In this document: positions 50,237 through 63,165 of the stretch, in pieces
How the letters are laid out: each line of letters begins with the position of its first letter
Numbering within the stretch: the stretch's first letter is position 1
Source: Marsupella aquatica
Taxonomy: Eukaryota; Plantae; Marchantiophyta
Length of the DNA stretch: 64,000 bases
Assembly: GCA_973895155.1 (NCBI GenBank)
Contig: OZ316894.1
Coordinates: 22,477,867-22,541,866 of the forward strand
Reading direction: 5' to 3'
Translations under genes and position numbers: made by a program
The notes under the pieces: model-generated
Databases searched by the model: none
Seen by the model: the letters and a program-made list of their open reading frames with translations, nothing else
Told to the model about the DNA's origin: nothing

Positions 50237-50577
50237 GAGTTATACATGTACTTGATCAAGCAGATGATTCCCAGCAATGTTTTGTCCACCATTAGCCCTA
50301 ACTTGTATCTACCTATTCTCTCCCTTTTCTGCAATTATACATGCTTCAAAGAGTTATGCATATACTTGATCAAGCAGATGATTCCCAGCATGTTTTGTCC
50401 ACCATCAGCCGTAACTTGTATCTACCTATTCTGTCCCTTTTCTGCAATCATACATGCTTCAAAGAGTTACACATATACTTGATCAAGCAGATGATTCTCA
50501 GCAATGTTTTGTCCACCATTAGCCGTAACTTGTATCTACCTATTCTCTCCCTTTTGTGCAGTCATACATGCTTCAAT
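50237..50577. repeat. Tandem repeat, 113-114-bp unit x3
   Basis: gagtta...tacttgatcaagcagatgattc...taacttgtatctacctattct...catgcttcaa at 50237, 50351 and 50464. Confidence 0.95.
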
Positions 50578-52739
50578 CACTGTCGGATCTGTGAAGATCC
50601 CTCCCTACCCAGCTCAATCCACAATTGAAACAAGTTGAGAATCGATGCTTACCCTCCATCACGGAATCTTATAGCTTGCTCGAGAGGGATTGCAGCCATT
50701 TTGTCATAATTTGCACCTAATTGTGACCTCCAGACAGTCAAAACAAAACCAAGACAGGCATTTGCAACCCGCAAACCAAGTGCCGCTGACAATTCATGTC
50801 TTGGTGTGTGTTTGGATAGTACAGTAGGTGTGAATTAGTATAACCACTAGGTTACTTTTCCTTGTGAGTTCCTTCGGTAGCAAGGCACAGGTGGCTCCTG
50901 CCCTTGCTTAATTGAGTACCTTCAACCAATCCTCTCAATTTGGCTGTCACTCATGGGAGCTGAGAACGAGACCCTCTCGTTTCAAGCCCAACTTTGCCAT
51001 GTCCAGTCCTTTGCCCAAGGCTATGCGGAGTGCGGTTCTTGCTTTCAATGGCATTGTTTTGGATAGTCCGGACAATGTTCAAGAGGTGACTTCCAACCAC
51101 ATGAATCGTTACACTCTTTCCAACAACTATGCTGGCAGATCCACCTTTGTGTTGAGTAAAGACTACATTCACACTGACAAGCCCATGGTCATCCAACGCA
51201 CAAGTAGTCCACACAAAGAGATACGTGGTTCATTTCAGCTCAGACTATGTCCACCGGGCTATACCGAGTTCTCCCTCTCTCTCAACTGGCTCCGTAACAA
51301 TGAACCTGAGTTTCTTATCCAAATAAACATTGTTTGGGGATATAGTGTGCAACATGACTAACCTAACCAAGTCCACCACTAAAGTTAGTCATAACTACAA
51401 TTACAGTTGTAACTCTACAATACACCTAAGAGTAAATGTCTAACAATCTGGACTTGGTCTGGGTATGTCTTTTATCTTGTTTGGGTATGGATTTGGGAGC
51501 CTAGCTTTCTTCTAGTCCATTATGGGCCCCTTTTTGGATGAGTTCTTTTATCTTTAACTTGTCCATGTGCTTTTGGCTTGGTCTATCCCGGGGGTCTATC
51601 TTACCTGTGCCTCCTAGGCCAACCCACTCTCTTGTGTTTGTGGGACATATTTGGACAGGGAGTGGCTCTTTAATTTTTGGTGTGGTCATGATGGTGAGAG
51701 GACTGCTACACATGACAAAATTTGTGATGTAGTGGCAGCCATTTTCTGAGAGGGGAGCAACAACATGTGTTGCCACCCCGGGATGGGGTTTCTGATTGGC
51801 GGCGAGCCAATCTAGGGCTGGAGTTTAGGGGGCTTTACAAGAATGAGAGGGCAAAAATTGATGGGCCCACTTTGGCTTTAGGGGTCCCTTGTACGGGTCT
51901 TCTCAATCGGCGAGTACAAAAATATCAAATGTATTACCTGACCACTTTTTTTTGGTCACCATACAGTCTCATTGGACCTTTGGATCAGGTATTGGTAAAC
52001 ACAAGTGACCACTAATGTTTTGTCCTCCAATTTTTATAAAGAACCACTGATTCATTTAGAGGATAATGGTACTAGAGTTGTTATTATTATTTTCACTGTA
52101 TACTTCGAGATTTTTTGATGCTGCTGTATGCTGTTAGTATGGCAGGACACTTTCTGGTTATCTTGTCTTATTAGGATTACTTATTATGTATTTTGAAGTC
52201 AATCTAGTTTAGTCTATGCTCTTACTTTGCATTATGTCAAATTCAGTAATTTCTTCCACCCGTTCACCCTTTTCCAATTTCTAATAGAATGCTTTACCCT
52301 TTCTCAATTCCTTCTTTTCTACTAGGTATGTTAGACCTTGTATTCTATTTTTTGCGTTATGAAGCCTTAACTTCTTAGGTTGCTTTCCTTCATTAACATT
52401 TTACTTATGGATTTCACGGGCAATGCATGAGAAGATTTGACTCTCCAGGTTCAGCCAGACAACTGGAACTCAATTTATCCACAAATTGTAGTTTATGTCC
52501 ATTGCTTATAATGTTTCCAATGCTGATCAACAGGTGTGGCCTGAATTGAGAGCCCTTCAAAATAGAGTCAAAGATTAGTGTACTTCTTTTTCACCTAGAA
52601 AGTACTGTACCTATATAGCATGCTCATCCTATATAGCATGCTCATCCTGGAACATGTTTGAGTTTTTGTCTTGTAGTGATTTGAAAGTAAATAAAATATG
52701 ACAACATATCTAGAAAGATAAAGTAATATAATTAAAGTG

Positions 52740-54130
52740 TCTGCCAAGAAAAGCACAGGGACCAATGAAAAGTACAATCAAATTTTATGACACAAGGATG
52801 CTACGATGTGTGTGTGTGAGTGCTAACTCATTGTCCTTATGAATGACAACACTCATTTCAATAAAAACCATAAACTTAGGAAAGAAAGACGGGGGGGGGG
52901 GGGGGGGGGAACTTAAGACACAATCAGAATCATTTCTCACTTATGAGAATACTTTGTTCAAGTGGTGTAGCAGTTTCATCTCTAACAAATCACAAACATT
53001 AATATTTATAAGGGGGCTGCCAAAATAAGTTCAAAATACTCTAGAATACTAAAATTAAAAGGGTCCATAAATTAATTAAAAATGTATATGATACACAGGC
53101 TGCCCCTTGATAAGGCACATTGAAATAAGAATATATGACACCAACATTAATATTTATAAGGGGGCTGCCAAAATAAGTTCAAAATACTCTAGAATACTAA
53201 AATTAAAAGGGTCCATAAATTAATTAAAAATGTATATGATACACAGGCTGCCCCTTGATAAGGCACATTGAAATAAGAATATATGACACCAAAGATAAGG
53301 CACATTGAAATAAGAATATATGACACCAAAACTCTGAATAAGACAAAATCTTAAAGGTGGATTCACCATATATAGAAGTTTCATAGTCTTTACCTATAAG
53401 TTACATTAATTGTACATCGAAGTTACTGTATTTGTCCTTCACCAAGAAAGTATTGTATCTCTGTGAACTTTAAAGGTAGATAATTTTTGCATTTACTTTC
53501 TTATAATCACAATCTAAATACTTTTGAATAAGATAGGATAGCTTGTGTTTCATAAATTAGTTAGATTATTCAATTCTCAAATAATTAAGATGCCATAAAC
53601 TTTATTTTGGATAAGCTAAAATAGCTGTGTCTTGGAGATTTTTTTCTTATGAAAGTATTTCATCTGTATTTTCATCCATGATGAGATCCTAAACCTTTGA
53701 AATTATTTTTGGAACTCCCCCACCCCCCTTCATTTAAATGCACACTATAATTGGAATAGTATGGTTAAGAATGTTTACAATAAACTTATATATCTTATTT
53801 ATAAAATGCCAACTACAAGTTAGAGTTGGGGCCTAGGCTCCTAGAGTGAAGTCTCTAGACTGTAACTCCATGGCTCATCATGTGGATTGGAAAACTCATG
53901 ACCATGATGTATGTCAAATAATAAGTATGTATGCCATTTGTCATGATTCATATTTACATTAAAAATGGACTTTATGACCACCATAACATATGTGCATAGA
54001 AAGAGAGATGTGCATAGAAAGAGCATGGTGTGCTAGATATGATTATTAAAATGATTACATGCATGATAATTTTTTTTAATTTATTAACCTTCAAAAAATA
54101 TGAATAAAGATTATATTTTGGTGACACTAT
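52740..54130. repeat. Second copy of the AT-rich dispersed repeat (block B 52740-53390, then block A 53790-54130), containing a perfect 148-bp tandem duplication (52995-53290) and a partial third copy
   Basis: Direct similarity to 13141-14320; the unit aacattaatatttataagggggctgcc...gacacc starts at 52995 and 53143. Confidence 0.85.
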
Positions 54131-55529
54131 TCAGGACCTTTAAATTGGCTACAGTACACAATACTGAAACTAGTTTCCAACTACATGTAACTACAAAGAA
54201 GGTTAAAATTTGTTTTGATCTATTTTTATTTATGGGCCCCAATGACGAGTCCATAACAAAATCCCTGGCACGAGGACACGCCATGTCAGCAAGGACGGTG
54301 ACAAACAGGGCACGATGGTTTTGCAAAGGAAAATAACCACCCGGATCTTGTTTGCGGAAATTTGTGTGTAAAATTTTTGGTCACCATGCCAAAATTCTAG
54401 GAGTGAAATTAAACCGAATATAAAGGAGGAGATTAACTTTTTTTGTACAATAACCATTTTATTTACTTTCTGATTTTTTGTAAATTCAAAGTATTCATAT
54501 AAATAATGTATTTTTCACACTAAACTTGGATAAGTAACCAGATAAATCAATGTTTAATTGCAAGTGACGGTTAAATAACTACCCTTGAAACAGGTAACAG
54601 CCTAAACAAGTAGCCCCGTGGTTTGTGCTTTGGACCATAGGGAACCCATTGCTTCACCGGAAAATCAAAGCTTACTCATCATAGGCAGAAAACAAAGTGG
54701 GCCACAACATCTCCACGTCAAGAAGGTATTTCACAAAAAATTCACTTCTTTGCTAAAAAAAACAACTTTACTTGATCAAACACACATTACTTTTAATTAG
54801 ATGAGTCCACGGATTAATTAAAACAATAATCATTTAAAACTGGGTCCAAGTGCAGAGTTCAAATCTAATGGTTGGACGAGAGAGAGACTCATATTGTGTA
54901 GGATGGGGTACACTACACTAATTGTCTCTTGTTGTTATTTATCATGATGTGACCAAGATTGGAACCCACCAGACAACCTTGAGCAAAAGCCCAGTTTCCG
55001 CGTTCTCAGGAATCAGTGATTCAGTGATCAGCAGAGAATAAGAATATGTGGAAGAGCTACAGTACTTATCTCGTGTTGTTATTCATTCTGACATGATTTA
55101 CGACCATGCCACGAAGGAGGCTGACCAAAATTGGAAGGGGTGCAGGAAACCAACCAGACCACCTTTCCCTTGAACGAAGTTTCTCACGAAGTAGTGATTC
55201 AGGGAGTGGTACAGTTCTTATCTCGTGTTGTTATTAGAATGTGATTCCCTACATCGACACGAACTGGGCTGACCAAAATTGACCAAAGTGCTGCTAGAAT
55301 TTCATATCAGATATGGAGTTCTGTACAGTAAATCGGAGGGCTTCCCTTGAAGAACGTGCACATTTCTTAACAGATTCTCGATTGATCACAGAGCAAGCGG
55401 GCAGGGGCTACAGACCTACAGGAAACTACCATTCGCCACACCACTCCATCCAATATTGGAGCGGAAGGCAAACGGCGTGCATGCCCAATTGCCCAATTAA
55501 AGTTTGAACGAACCCAGAAGCTCAGTCAC

Positions 55530-55745
55530 GCCAAGTCCTCCCAGGTTCCAAGGTTTCTCACTGATTCCAAGGCCCGAATCGGTGAACTGGTGAAGGAATT
55601 GCCCGTTAGCCAAACTCCTTCAACACAAGTGGCCGTTGTCGGCACCATAGAAATGAGCTTCCACAGTTCCACTGGAATTCGTGACCCGAAAGTTGACCAG
55701 CACCTTGAGATTGCCGTTTGCCAACTCCAGTCTAAGTATACTGCC
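55530..55745 (-). pseudogene. Possible degenerate LRR-receptor-like gene fragment
   Basis: Switching between frames gives SILRLELANGNLK / GQLSG / RIPVELWKL / VWLTGNSFTS, which resembles the plant LRR consensus LxLxxNxLSGxIPxELxxL. Needs frameshifts and contains stops. Confidence 0.3.
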
Positions 55746-57184
55746 TACGAACAGAGATGCAATCGTAGTGATTCAAATGTGTGAACTTGCCAGTTTTCTC
55801 TTCATATGAACTTGCTGGCAAATCCATTACCTATCCTAGTCACCTAATAGTGGGCTCTGTGTATTACTTATATGACTATGTGGCCATGCTGCTTTTTTTT
55901 TCTCAAAAACTTAACCACCTCTCGAGGTAGTCTAAAGAATGGAAAGGGAGGTTCATTTCTATTCAGGCTCTTTGCACTTATTTTCTCCCCACTGGACACA
56001 TGTTGGCTCAAGCATTTTAATCTAGCCAACCCTAAGTTTGCAACGGGTGAGCGGACCATTAGTGTGCCAAAGTTCTTGTAAAGGCCCCTTACTAGATACC
56101 AAGTTTGGGGCATTAAGTATAGGGAGACACTAGGGCACCCAAAAAGGCAAAGAGTGCATGAAGGCAACAAATGAATCCTGAGTTGCTGCCTTTGATGAGT
56201 ACCAGGGTAATTTCTGAGGTTTTTCTTTTTGGCTCGCATGAACAAATTGCTCCTCGTTTACTTTATGGAGGTGGTCTAAAATTCTAGACAAAACAGCGTC
56301 AGCATTCCCTTGGGCCCACAACTTGCCTTCCCCACAACTTGCCTTCCCCACAACTTGCCTTGCAAGATCAATTGACACCCTACCTAAAGGGCCCCCAGTC
56401 CTTGGAAAGCAATCTGCAAGTGGAAAGCGAATCAAATGAAGCAATGGGCCCTGACATCATGTAAAGCCATCCGCTACCGTAGTGGAGAGAAGTGGAAAAG
56501 GGCACAAAATGAAGCAACTGCCCTGCCATCTTGTGAAGCCACCCTGACAACCTAAACAAGAGGTCCAAAGCATGGCGAAAAGAATTGACGCGCAAAAGAG
56601 TTGACGCGCAAAAGGACACCCATGTTACTCCGTGGACCATCTGGATCGAGATTGCTCAATAATATTAAACTCATTCAAGGTCTTCAAGAAAGCTCAATGG
56701 AATTCATTCTGGCTTGTTTACTGTAAGTACTTCATGGATGGGAAAAGGAATACCTCCCTTTTTGGGGTCTAGAAACTACAGCAAGTATACTAAGTCAGAG
56801 AAAAAATAAAAAATGTGTAAGTCTTTGCCCTAAAGCCCCTCCTGTACAGCTGGCCATGGGGGTTCCTCACTGCCATGGCCATGTTCTCACGGAAAATTGT
56901 CTGGTTCAAAATCATGCGATCTGCCAATAGAGATCCGGCCCACACGGAAATAAAGGATAGCCTTAGAGGATCTCCATAGATTGATAGAGCAGTATGGTCA
57001 ACGAAAGTTCCCCATGTGCCAGTCATGGCCAATCAATGGAGGATTGTCTTGACACTTGTTGACTGGTGATCTTCGTTCGTTCGTTGCTTTGCAGGCTGTA
57101 CTAGGTCCCACACTAACATCATTTTGACAGTTTGAGACTGGAGTCTGGAGTCAAGCTGTGGAAGTTTACCCTTGCAAACTCTCT

Positions 57185-57560
57185 TCTTCTTCTTTTTTAA
57201 TTTTTTTTACAAAAGGCAGAGCCCCTAAACTTTATTCCACAAGGAAGCCCGAGGGCACAACAACAAGGAAGCTAGGGAAAACCAAAGAAAAATGCCTGGA
57301 GGAAGGAGGCAGAGTGAAAAAAACCGAGCAATTAAGGGGGGCCAGGAGAGGGAGCACCCCCATAGAGATATAGATGGGAACCACCAACCCAAACTGCCAA
57401 AGAGGAGGGGCAGAATAAAAGGGAAGGAGGCTCCCCAGAGTGAGGAGGACCAACCAGAAAACTATGCCGAGTAATTCCATGCAACCAAAATCAGCCACCA
57501 TGCATCCAATAGCAGCCATCCAATCAGGAAACAGCCAGGAAAGAAACTGGGCAACAGGCT
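57185..57560 (-). mobile_element. Possible 3' end of a truncated non-LTR retroelement
   Basis: On - the segment ends AATAAAGTTTAGGGGCTCTGCC...AAAAAAAATTAAAAAAGAAGAAGAAG, i.e. a polyA signal plus an A-rich tail. No TSD or RT motif identified. Confidence 0.3.
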
Positions 57561-59601
57561 CCCTTGCAAACTCTTTGACTTTGTTTACACTATTTTCTAC
57601 CATTTTCTTGTCCTGGTAACTGCACATAAAAATATGACACAGTGGCCTTAGGACATCCCTCCATACCATGATATACCTCTTTATTTTCTTTAAATTAATG
57701 AGTGCATGCCTTATATTATCACAATTTGATGTGTCCTCAATCTTCAGGAATGTATTATTTAGTTTGATTTGCCTCCTTTATCGGGTTTCTTGCCTTTGAG
57801 ATTGTATCACCCTCAATCTCAATGGCGTTTGGGGCCTTTTGTTCTTTGGAATATTATTTACTTTGAATTATAGGGCGTCTCAAATCTTAAAAGTTGTGGA
57901 AGATGACTTTGGTCATAAACAAATTGTTGTAACTTTCTCACAATTTATATACAAGTTTTTTTGAATTTTGTCATTAGCCTCTACAGTGAACTTGCAATCA
58001 TGGCATATGAGGCAAAAAGTGATGGACTAGGAAATTGGTAGTCCATAAATTTTCCCTGTCCTTAACCTTGACTACTAAGTTAAGGTCCATTGTCCTTAAA
58101 GCACCACTGTACATGACAAAACCTGGATTTTTAGACCTTTTTTTCATGAAATTGTGGAACAAAGTCTCACTCAAGGAGAGAAATGTGAAAAAGTTAGAAG
58201 TATTGGACACTTCTCCTTTTATAAGGACAGTGGTGGCTTAACCTTCACTCCTAAGTCAAGGTAGGTCCATGAATTGGAAGCTGAATTGGAAGCTTTGAGA
58301 AGCCTTATTATTCGTCAAATGAGGACAGATGGGATGTCATGAATGTGGGAAACGTTTACTTTTGCCCCTTAAATCAAATCAGTTATCTTCTATACTGTAG
58401 ATGTGTAGGGAGCCGTCCTCAAGATCTCAATAATGGTATAGAGTAACGTAATGGCTACCCTTGCTCGTATCCACACTCGAGAGGCTCCACGCATGTTTTT
58501 AGTGTGATCGGGAGTAACAACTACTGTAGAACTTTCCAGTCAAAGCCTGCCCCCCCTCGATTGTCCCTACGACATGGTGGGTTGGCAGGAGCCGAGAGAC
58601 ACGGTTTGCAAGGTAGTGTTGCATGTTCTTCGGTAACAAGTTTTACCGATAAAAGTTGACAGCAGTCAAGAAGTCCACATGATTATGTCTTGGTCAAGCT
58701 AATCATTATGCAGAAGAATTCGCTACAACCAGAACGGTCGACGATTAAGCGTTTTCTTGCTTTGTGCATGGAATTCGGCGCCTATATTTGCGGAGTCTAC
58801 AGTCGATCTGCTCGCCGTAATTCAAACGGTTGTATCACTGCATGTCTTAGTTGACGCTTGTGATCGTTACGAACAACCTTCCCAGAAGATAAATAAGGGT
58901 CTAAGATACTTGTGATCGTTACGAACAACTTTCCCAGAAGATAAATAAGGGTCACAGCATTCGGATTCATGCACCTTGTCAATACTTCGGTTCTCAGGCA
59001 CTCCCCGTCTCTCCCACAACAATCCATCCAATCTGCTTGGTAGGTGTCAATTCCTGCCAATCTCTCCTTCGCAGTCTCTCCAGTCGTCATCCTCCCTATT
59101 GATTCTCCTGTCTTGATCTTTGACTAACTCTTCCGAGTAAACCAATCTCGACCTCTTCTGCGCCAGTCCTTTTGCATCTCTCCTATTTCGATCCTTTTCC
59201 AAAATTTTCTGGGTCAAGCGTGCTTCTTCTATTGCGTTCACTTTCCGTTGTCAAGTGCTGTACATGCAAACCTTCCGGTAAAAGTTCGTCCGTTCACTCT
59301 TCCAATCACCTTCCGATCACATTCCGTTCAGCAAACCATCTCAAAAAGTCGGGACCGATTCAGTAGAATTAATGTCACTGAACTGTTTATGTCGCGAGCT
59401 TTGAAGAATCCGGAGGTTTTGAAAACTGTCTAAAAAATATCGCAGTCACTCAGTCGGACATATCCAGAGTCTAGAATACTCACGGAGTAGTCAGGGATTG
59501 GATTTCCTCGTGCAGCTAGAGGCGGAGTGCGTATCTTTTCAGAGCGTTGATTTGTTGTGAACATTGCACATCAGTCAGAAGAGCACCTGCATCGATCGAT
59601 C

Positions 59602-60606
59602 ATGGCCACATCTGCAATACAATTTGATGAGGAGGGCTTCTTGAATGTGCGTGGCATGCGTCTGAACACTTGTCGTTGGCTTCCTGTGGAGAAGGACGTG
59701 AAAGGGCTGGTATTCCTATGTCACGGATATGGAATGGAGTGCACAATTTATACACGTGAGACCGGTCAGAGGCTGGCTAGCGCGGGATTCGGTGTGTACG
59801 GGATCGATTACGAGGGTCATGGGAAGTCGGAAGGGCTGCATGGATTTGTGCCGAACTTCGACGACCTTGTGACAGATTGCGCTACGTTTTTCAATAGTGT
59901 GATGGATCGCGAGGAGTATACTGGCAAGCCCAGCTTCCTTCTCGGGGAGAGCATGGGTGGAGCGGTGTCAATCCTACTCAGTCGGAGGGACCCCGCTCGG
60001 TGGAGTGGACTCGTGCTTGTAGCTCCCATGTTGAAGATATCTCGGGAATTAAAGCCTGCTCCGTTAGTCGTGACTGTGCTTTCTCAGCTGTGTATATTCA
60101 TTCCGACATGGAAGATAGTGCCTGTGAAGGATCTCATCGCGAAAACGTTTAAGGACCCCATCAAGCGAGAGGAAATTCGGTCCAACCCGTACGCTTACCA
60201 AGGAAAGCCTCGACTGAAGACCGCGGTTGAGATGCTGCGTGTCAGCAATTTCGTCGAGGAGCATTTGGCTGAAGTGTCGTTGCCATTCTTGTGCGTGCAC
60301 GGGTTGGACGATAAGGTGAACGAACCGGAAGGCAGCCAAAAGCTCTACGAATCGGCTAACAGCTTTGACAAGACTCTCAAATTGTACCCCGGGATGTGGC
60401 ATGGGCTGACCACCGGCGAGCCCGAGGATAATGTTGATCTTGTATTCGAGGATATGACGAGATGGCTTAACCAGCGTGCCGACACTGGGTTCCACAGCCC
60501 AACCCTCCGCAGCAACTCCATCGGCGCATTCTCTGACGACTCTAAGTCCAAGTTCAACGTTCAAACGACCGGACAAGACAGTCTTTTGCGGCTGCTCTCA
60601 TTTTGA
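59602..60606 (+). CDS. Alpha/beta hydrolase of the monoacylglycerol lipase / caffeoyl-shikimate esterase-like family (Hydrolase_4), 334 aa, intronless CDS
   Basis: KGLVFLCHGYG, GIDYEGHGKSEG, nucleophile motif GESMGG, acid region VHGLDD, SFDKTLKLYPGMWH (catalytic His) and KPRLKTA, all typical of plant MAGL proteins. Confidence 0.95.
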   Translation: MATSAIQFDEEGFLNVRGMRLNTCRWLPVEKDVKGLVFLCHGYGMECTIYTRETGQRLASAGFGVYGIDYEGHGKSEGLHGFVPNFDDLVTDCATFFNSVMDREEYTGKPSFLLGESMGGAVSILLSRRDPARWSGLVLVAPMLKISRELKPAPLVVTVLSQLCIFIPTWKIVPVKDLIAKTFKDPIKREEIRSNPYAYQGKPRLKTAVEMLRVSNFVEEHLAEVSLPFLCVHGLDDKVNEPEGSQKLYESANSFDKTLKLYPGMWHGLTTGEPEDNVDLVFEDMTRWLNQRADTGFHSPTLRSNSIGAFSDDSKSKFNVQTTGQDSLLRLLSF

Positions 60607-62721
60607 TTGCACTGCACGTACCACATGAATGCAGCTCCAGAATCGTATCACATCTATTGCGTTGTATCCCTCTGCAGCTCACAGGGGACTACTTTCCATC
60701 TGCAACTCGCAGAGACAGGTTGATCACATGAGGATGCTCCACTCGCTGTTGGGTATTCTGGATTTCGACGATCCACAGTCACTGAATTTTGAAGGTGTCC
60801 TTACCGTGTTACTGATTTCGCTAACCCATTCTCAAATTCTTCCATGTCGGTGAAGCGGTCGTGTGGGTCCGTGGGCAATAACGCTATGATCGAATTCGTT
60901 GAAAACTGATACTGTTAACTGCAGTTTCCGAATCGGAAGCCAGGCCGTAATTCCTTGTCGAAGCTGTTCTACGAATAGAACTACTCATGAGGCGCATAAT
61001 GAAGGCTGCCCTTCTAGTTTCACAGTTCAGGATTTAACTAGGCCGTGCATACGGGAAGAAGGTGCTGAGGCCACAAAGAGAGTCGAGTTCCTCTCACTGT
61101 ACAGACAGGTCCCAATCTCATGTTCTTCCTAATATAAGAGCTGGGAGCTTGGGAACAATTTTGTAGTTGACGTAGATACCACTCATGTAAAATATTGATT
61201 GGGTAGGGTTGGCAATGACCGACTATGATTAATCTATGTCGGACAGAGCTATAGTTAAACGTTCGCTGAGGAGCACACATTTTGAACTAATCACAATCTG
61301 TATTATAATTCTCCATTTAAAAGCCTTCGCGCTTCCCAGCAACGCCCTCGTTGTTTCCGCTTGAAAATCTACAGGACTTTGTTCGCACTTTGATTTCGAC
61401 TCGTAAAAGTATGTATCAGCATCGATTCTTAAAGAATAAATCGACAATTGTGTAGAATGTATCAAGAATAATTACGTCGAATCCTTCACAATGTCTGTAT
61501 CTATTCATAGAGAATGAATGGATAATTATTTGGAATGTATCGAGAATAATTACGTTGAATCCTTCACAATGTCTGCGAACAAGGGGCATATATTTTCGTG
61601 CAGAGCAACCTCCTGCACGAACGCTATACAGCTGCTGTTCAAGTATCTACGGGGAGCATGGAAAGCAGTGCTGTTTTACAGTTCGACCAGTGTGGTAAGG
61701 TCCGAGTGGAGAACTGACTAGATCCCAACTGCCTTCAAATATTGTAGCCACTGTGCCTTCAAATATTGTAGCCACTGTAGGATTCTTTTAGGTTGGCCTT
61801 AGCCCACCGAAAAGTTGGGAAATGTGCACAATCCGCGTGAGAACATAATCTTTAGATAAATTCATATAATATATATTGTAACGTGGCCTTACCGCCCCCT
61901 GAAGAAGCGAGGGCCTTAGCTCGAGTTTCGAGGGCTATTATTGACCAAAATGCTCTGGTGACAACAGGTTAATACATTGAAAGGTCTACGATATTTTCAC
62001 TAATTTTAGTACAAGCAGAGTAGAAGTTTCACGATTAGCTGATTCAAATCTTGACTCTGCATTTTTTCAATAAATACACTGAAAATTGAAAGTGGCTTAT
62101 AACTTGATGGTATGAGTCTTTAAAATAACCTTTAGTTTTTCACCTGCAAGTCAACTGAAAATTGAAAGTGGCTTATAACTTGATGGTAGGAGTCTTAAAA
62201 TAACCTTTAGTTTTTCACCCGCAAGGAACTAGAGAAGGAGTAAACATAAAAATAAAAACACTAATATTTTATATTAACACAATGAAAATTAATTTACTAT
62301 AATTTACCCCTCCTCATTCCATGATGAATAATTCATTGTGACTTTGATGGAAGTGTACTGTAGCTTACCTATTCCTCTACTATACGCAAAACTAAAAATA
62401 TTTGAATCTATGAACATCCAATGATTACAATTAAACTCAAAAACCAATGTTGTGGAGCACCATTTTACTAAAAATTAAAAAGAGAAAAATCATGAAAGCC
62501 ATATCAGAATTCTTCGTCACCTTAAAGATTCCAGGCCATTCCTGTCACTTCGAACTGTTTCTAAAGCTCTCTGGTCCAGGAAAATCTCTGGAAATTGGGT
62601 GGAGAAAGAAATGGGAAATGAGACTGAAGTGCGTTCCATTTTTGAAGCATTGTCCACCGATTTTGTAGTCACCAAGGATAGAGGCATCGCCAGGGTTGTC
62701 CTTCCTGCTTCATTGGTCGGT

Positions 62722-63165
62722 GTTACCATAGTGCCAAAGTATCCCCAGAAGTGTCTGATTGTAGTTGCTAACTATAGGAATGGAGGAATCAAACAAGCAC
62801 TCCGAAAGGCTAAGTGAGGCAGGAGAGAGCTCGTTACCATAGTGCCAAAGTATCCCCAGAAGTGTCTGATTGTAGTTGCTAACTATAGGAATGGAGGAAT
62901 CAAACAAGCACTCCGAAAGGCTAAGTGAGGCAGGAGAGAGCTCGTTACCATAGTGCCAAAGTATCCCCAGAAGTGTCTGATTGTAGTAGCCAACTATATG
63001 AATGGAGGAATCAAACAAGCACTCCCAAAGGCTAAGTGAGGCAGGAGAGAGCTCGTTACCATAGTGCCAAAGTATCCCCAGAAGTGACTGATTGTAGTTG
63101 CCAACTATCGGAATGGAGGAATCAAACAAGCACTCCCAAAGGCTAAGTGAGGCAGGAGAGAGCTC
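62722..63165. repeat. Tandem repeat, 111-bp unit x4 plus a degenerate partial copy
   Basis: gttaccatagtgccaaagtatccccagaag...ggcaggagagagctc at 62722, 62833, 62944 and 63055. Confidence 0.97.

Noticed and set aside
49600-51361. Minus-strand spliced gene (MAAIPLEQAIRFRDG + GTAAGC donor at ~50650) or the 149-aa plus-strand ORF 50912-51361
   Set aside because: The next candidate exon hits a stop within four codons and the plus ORF has no recognisable domain. A non-coding antisense transcript cannot be excluded but is unsupported.
62722-63165. Regular repeats here, at 50237-50577 and at 16546-16705 as CRISPR-like arrays
   Set aside because: The units are contiguous or irregularly spaced without unique equal-length spacers, there are no cas genes, and the context is eukaryotic.
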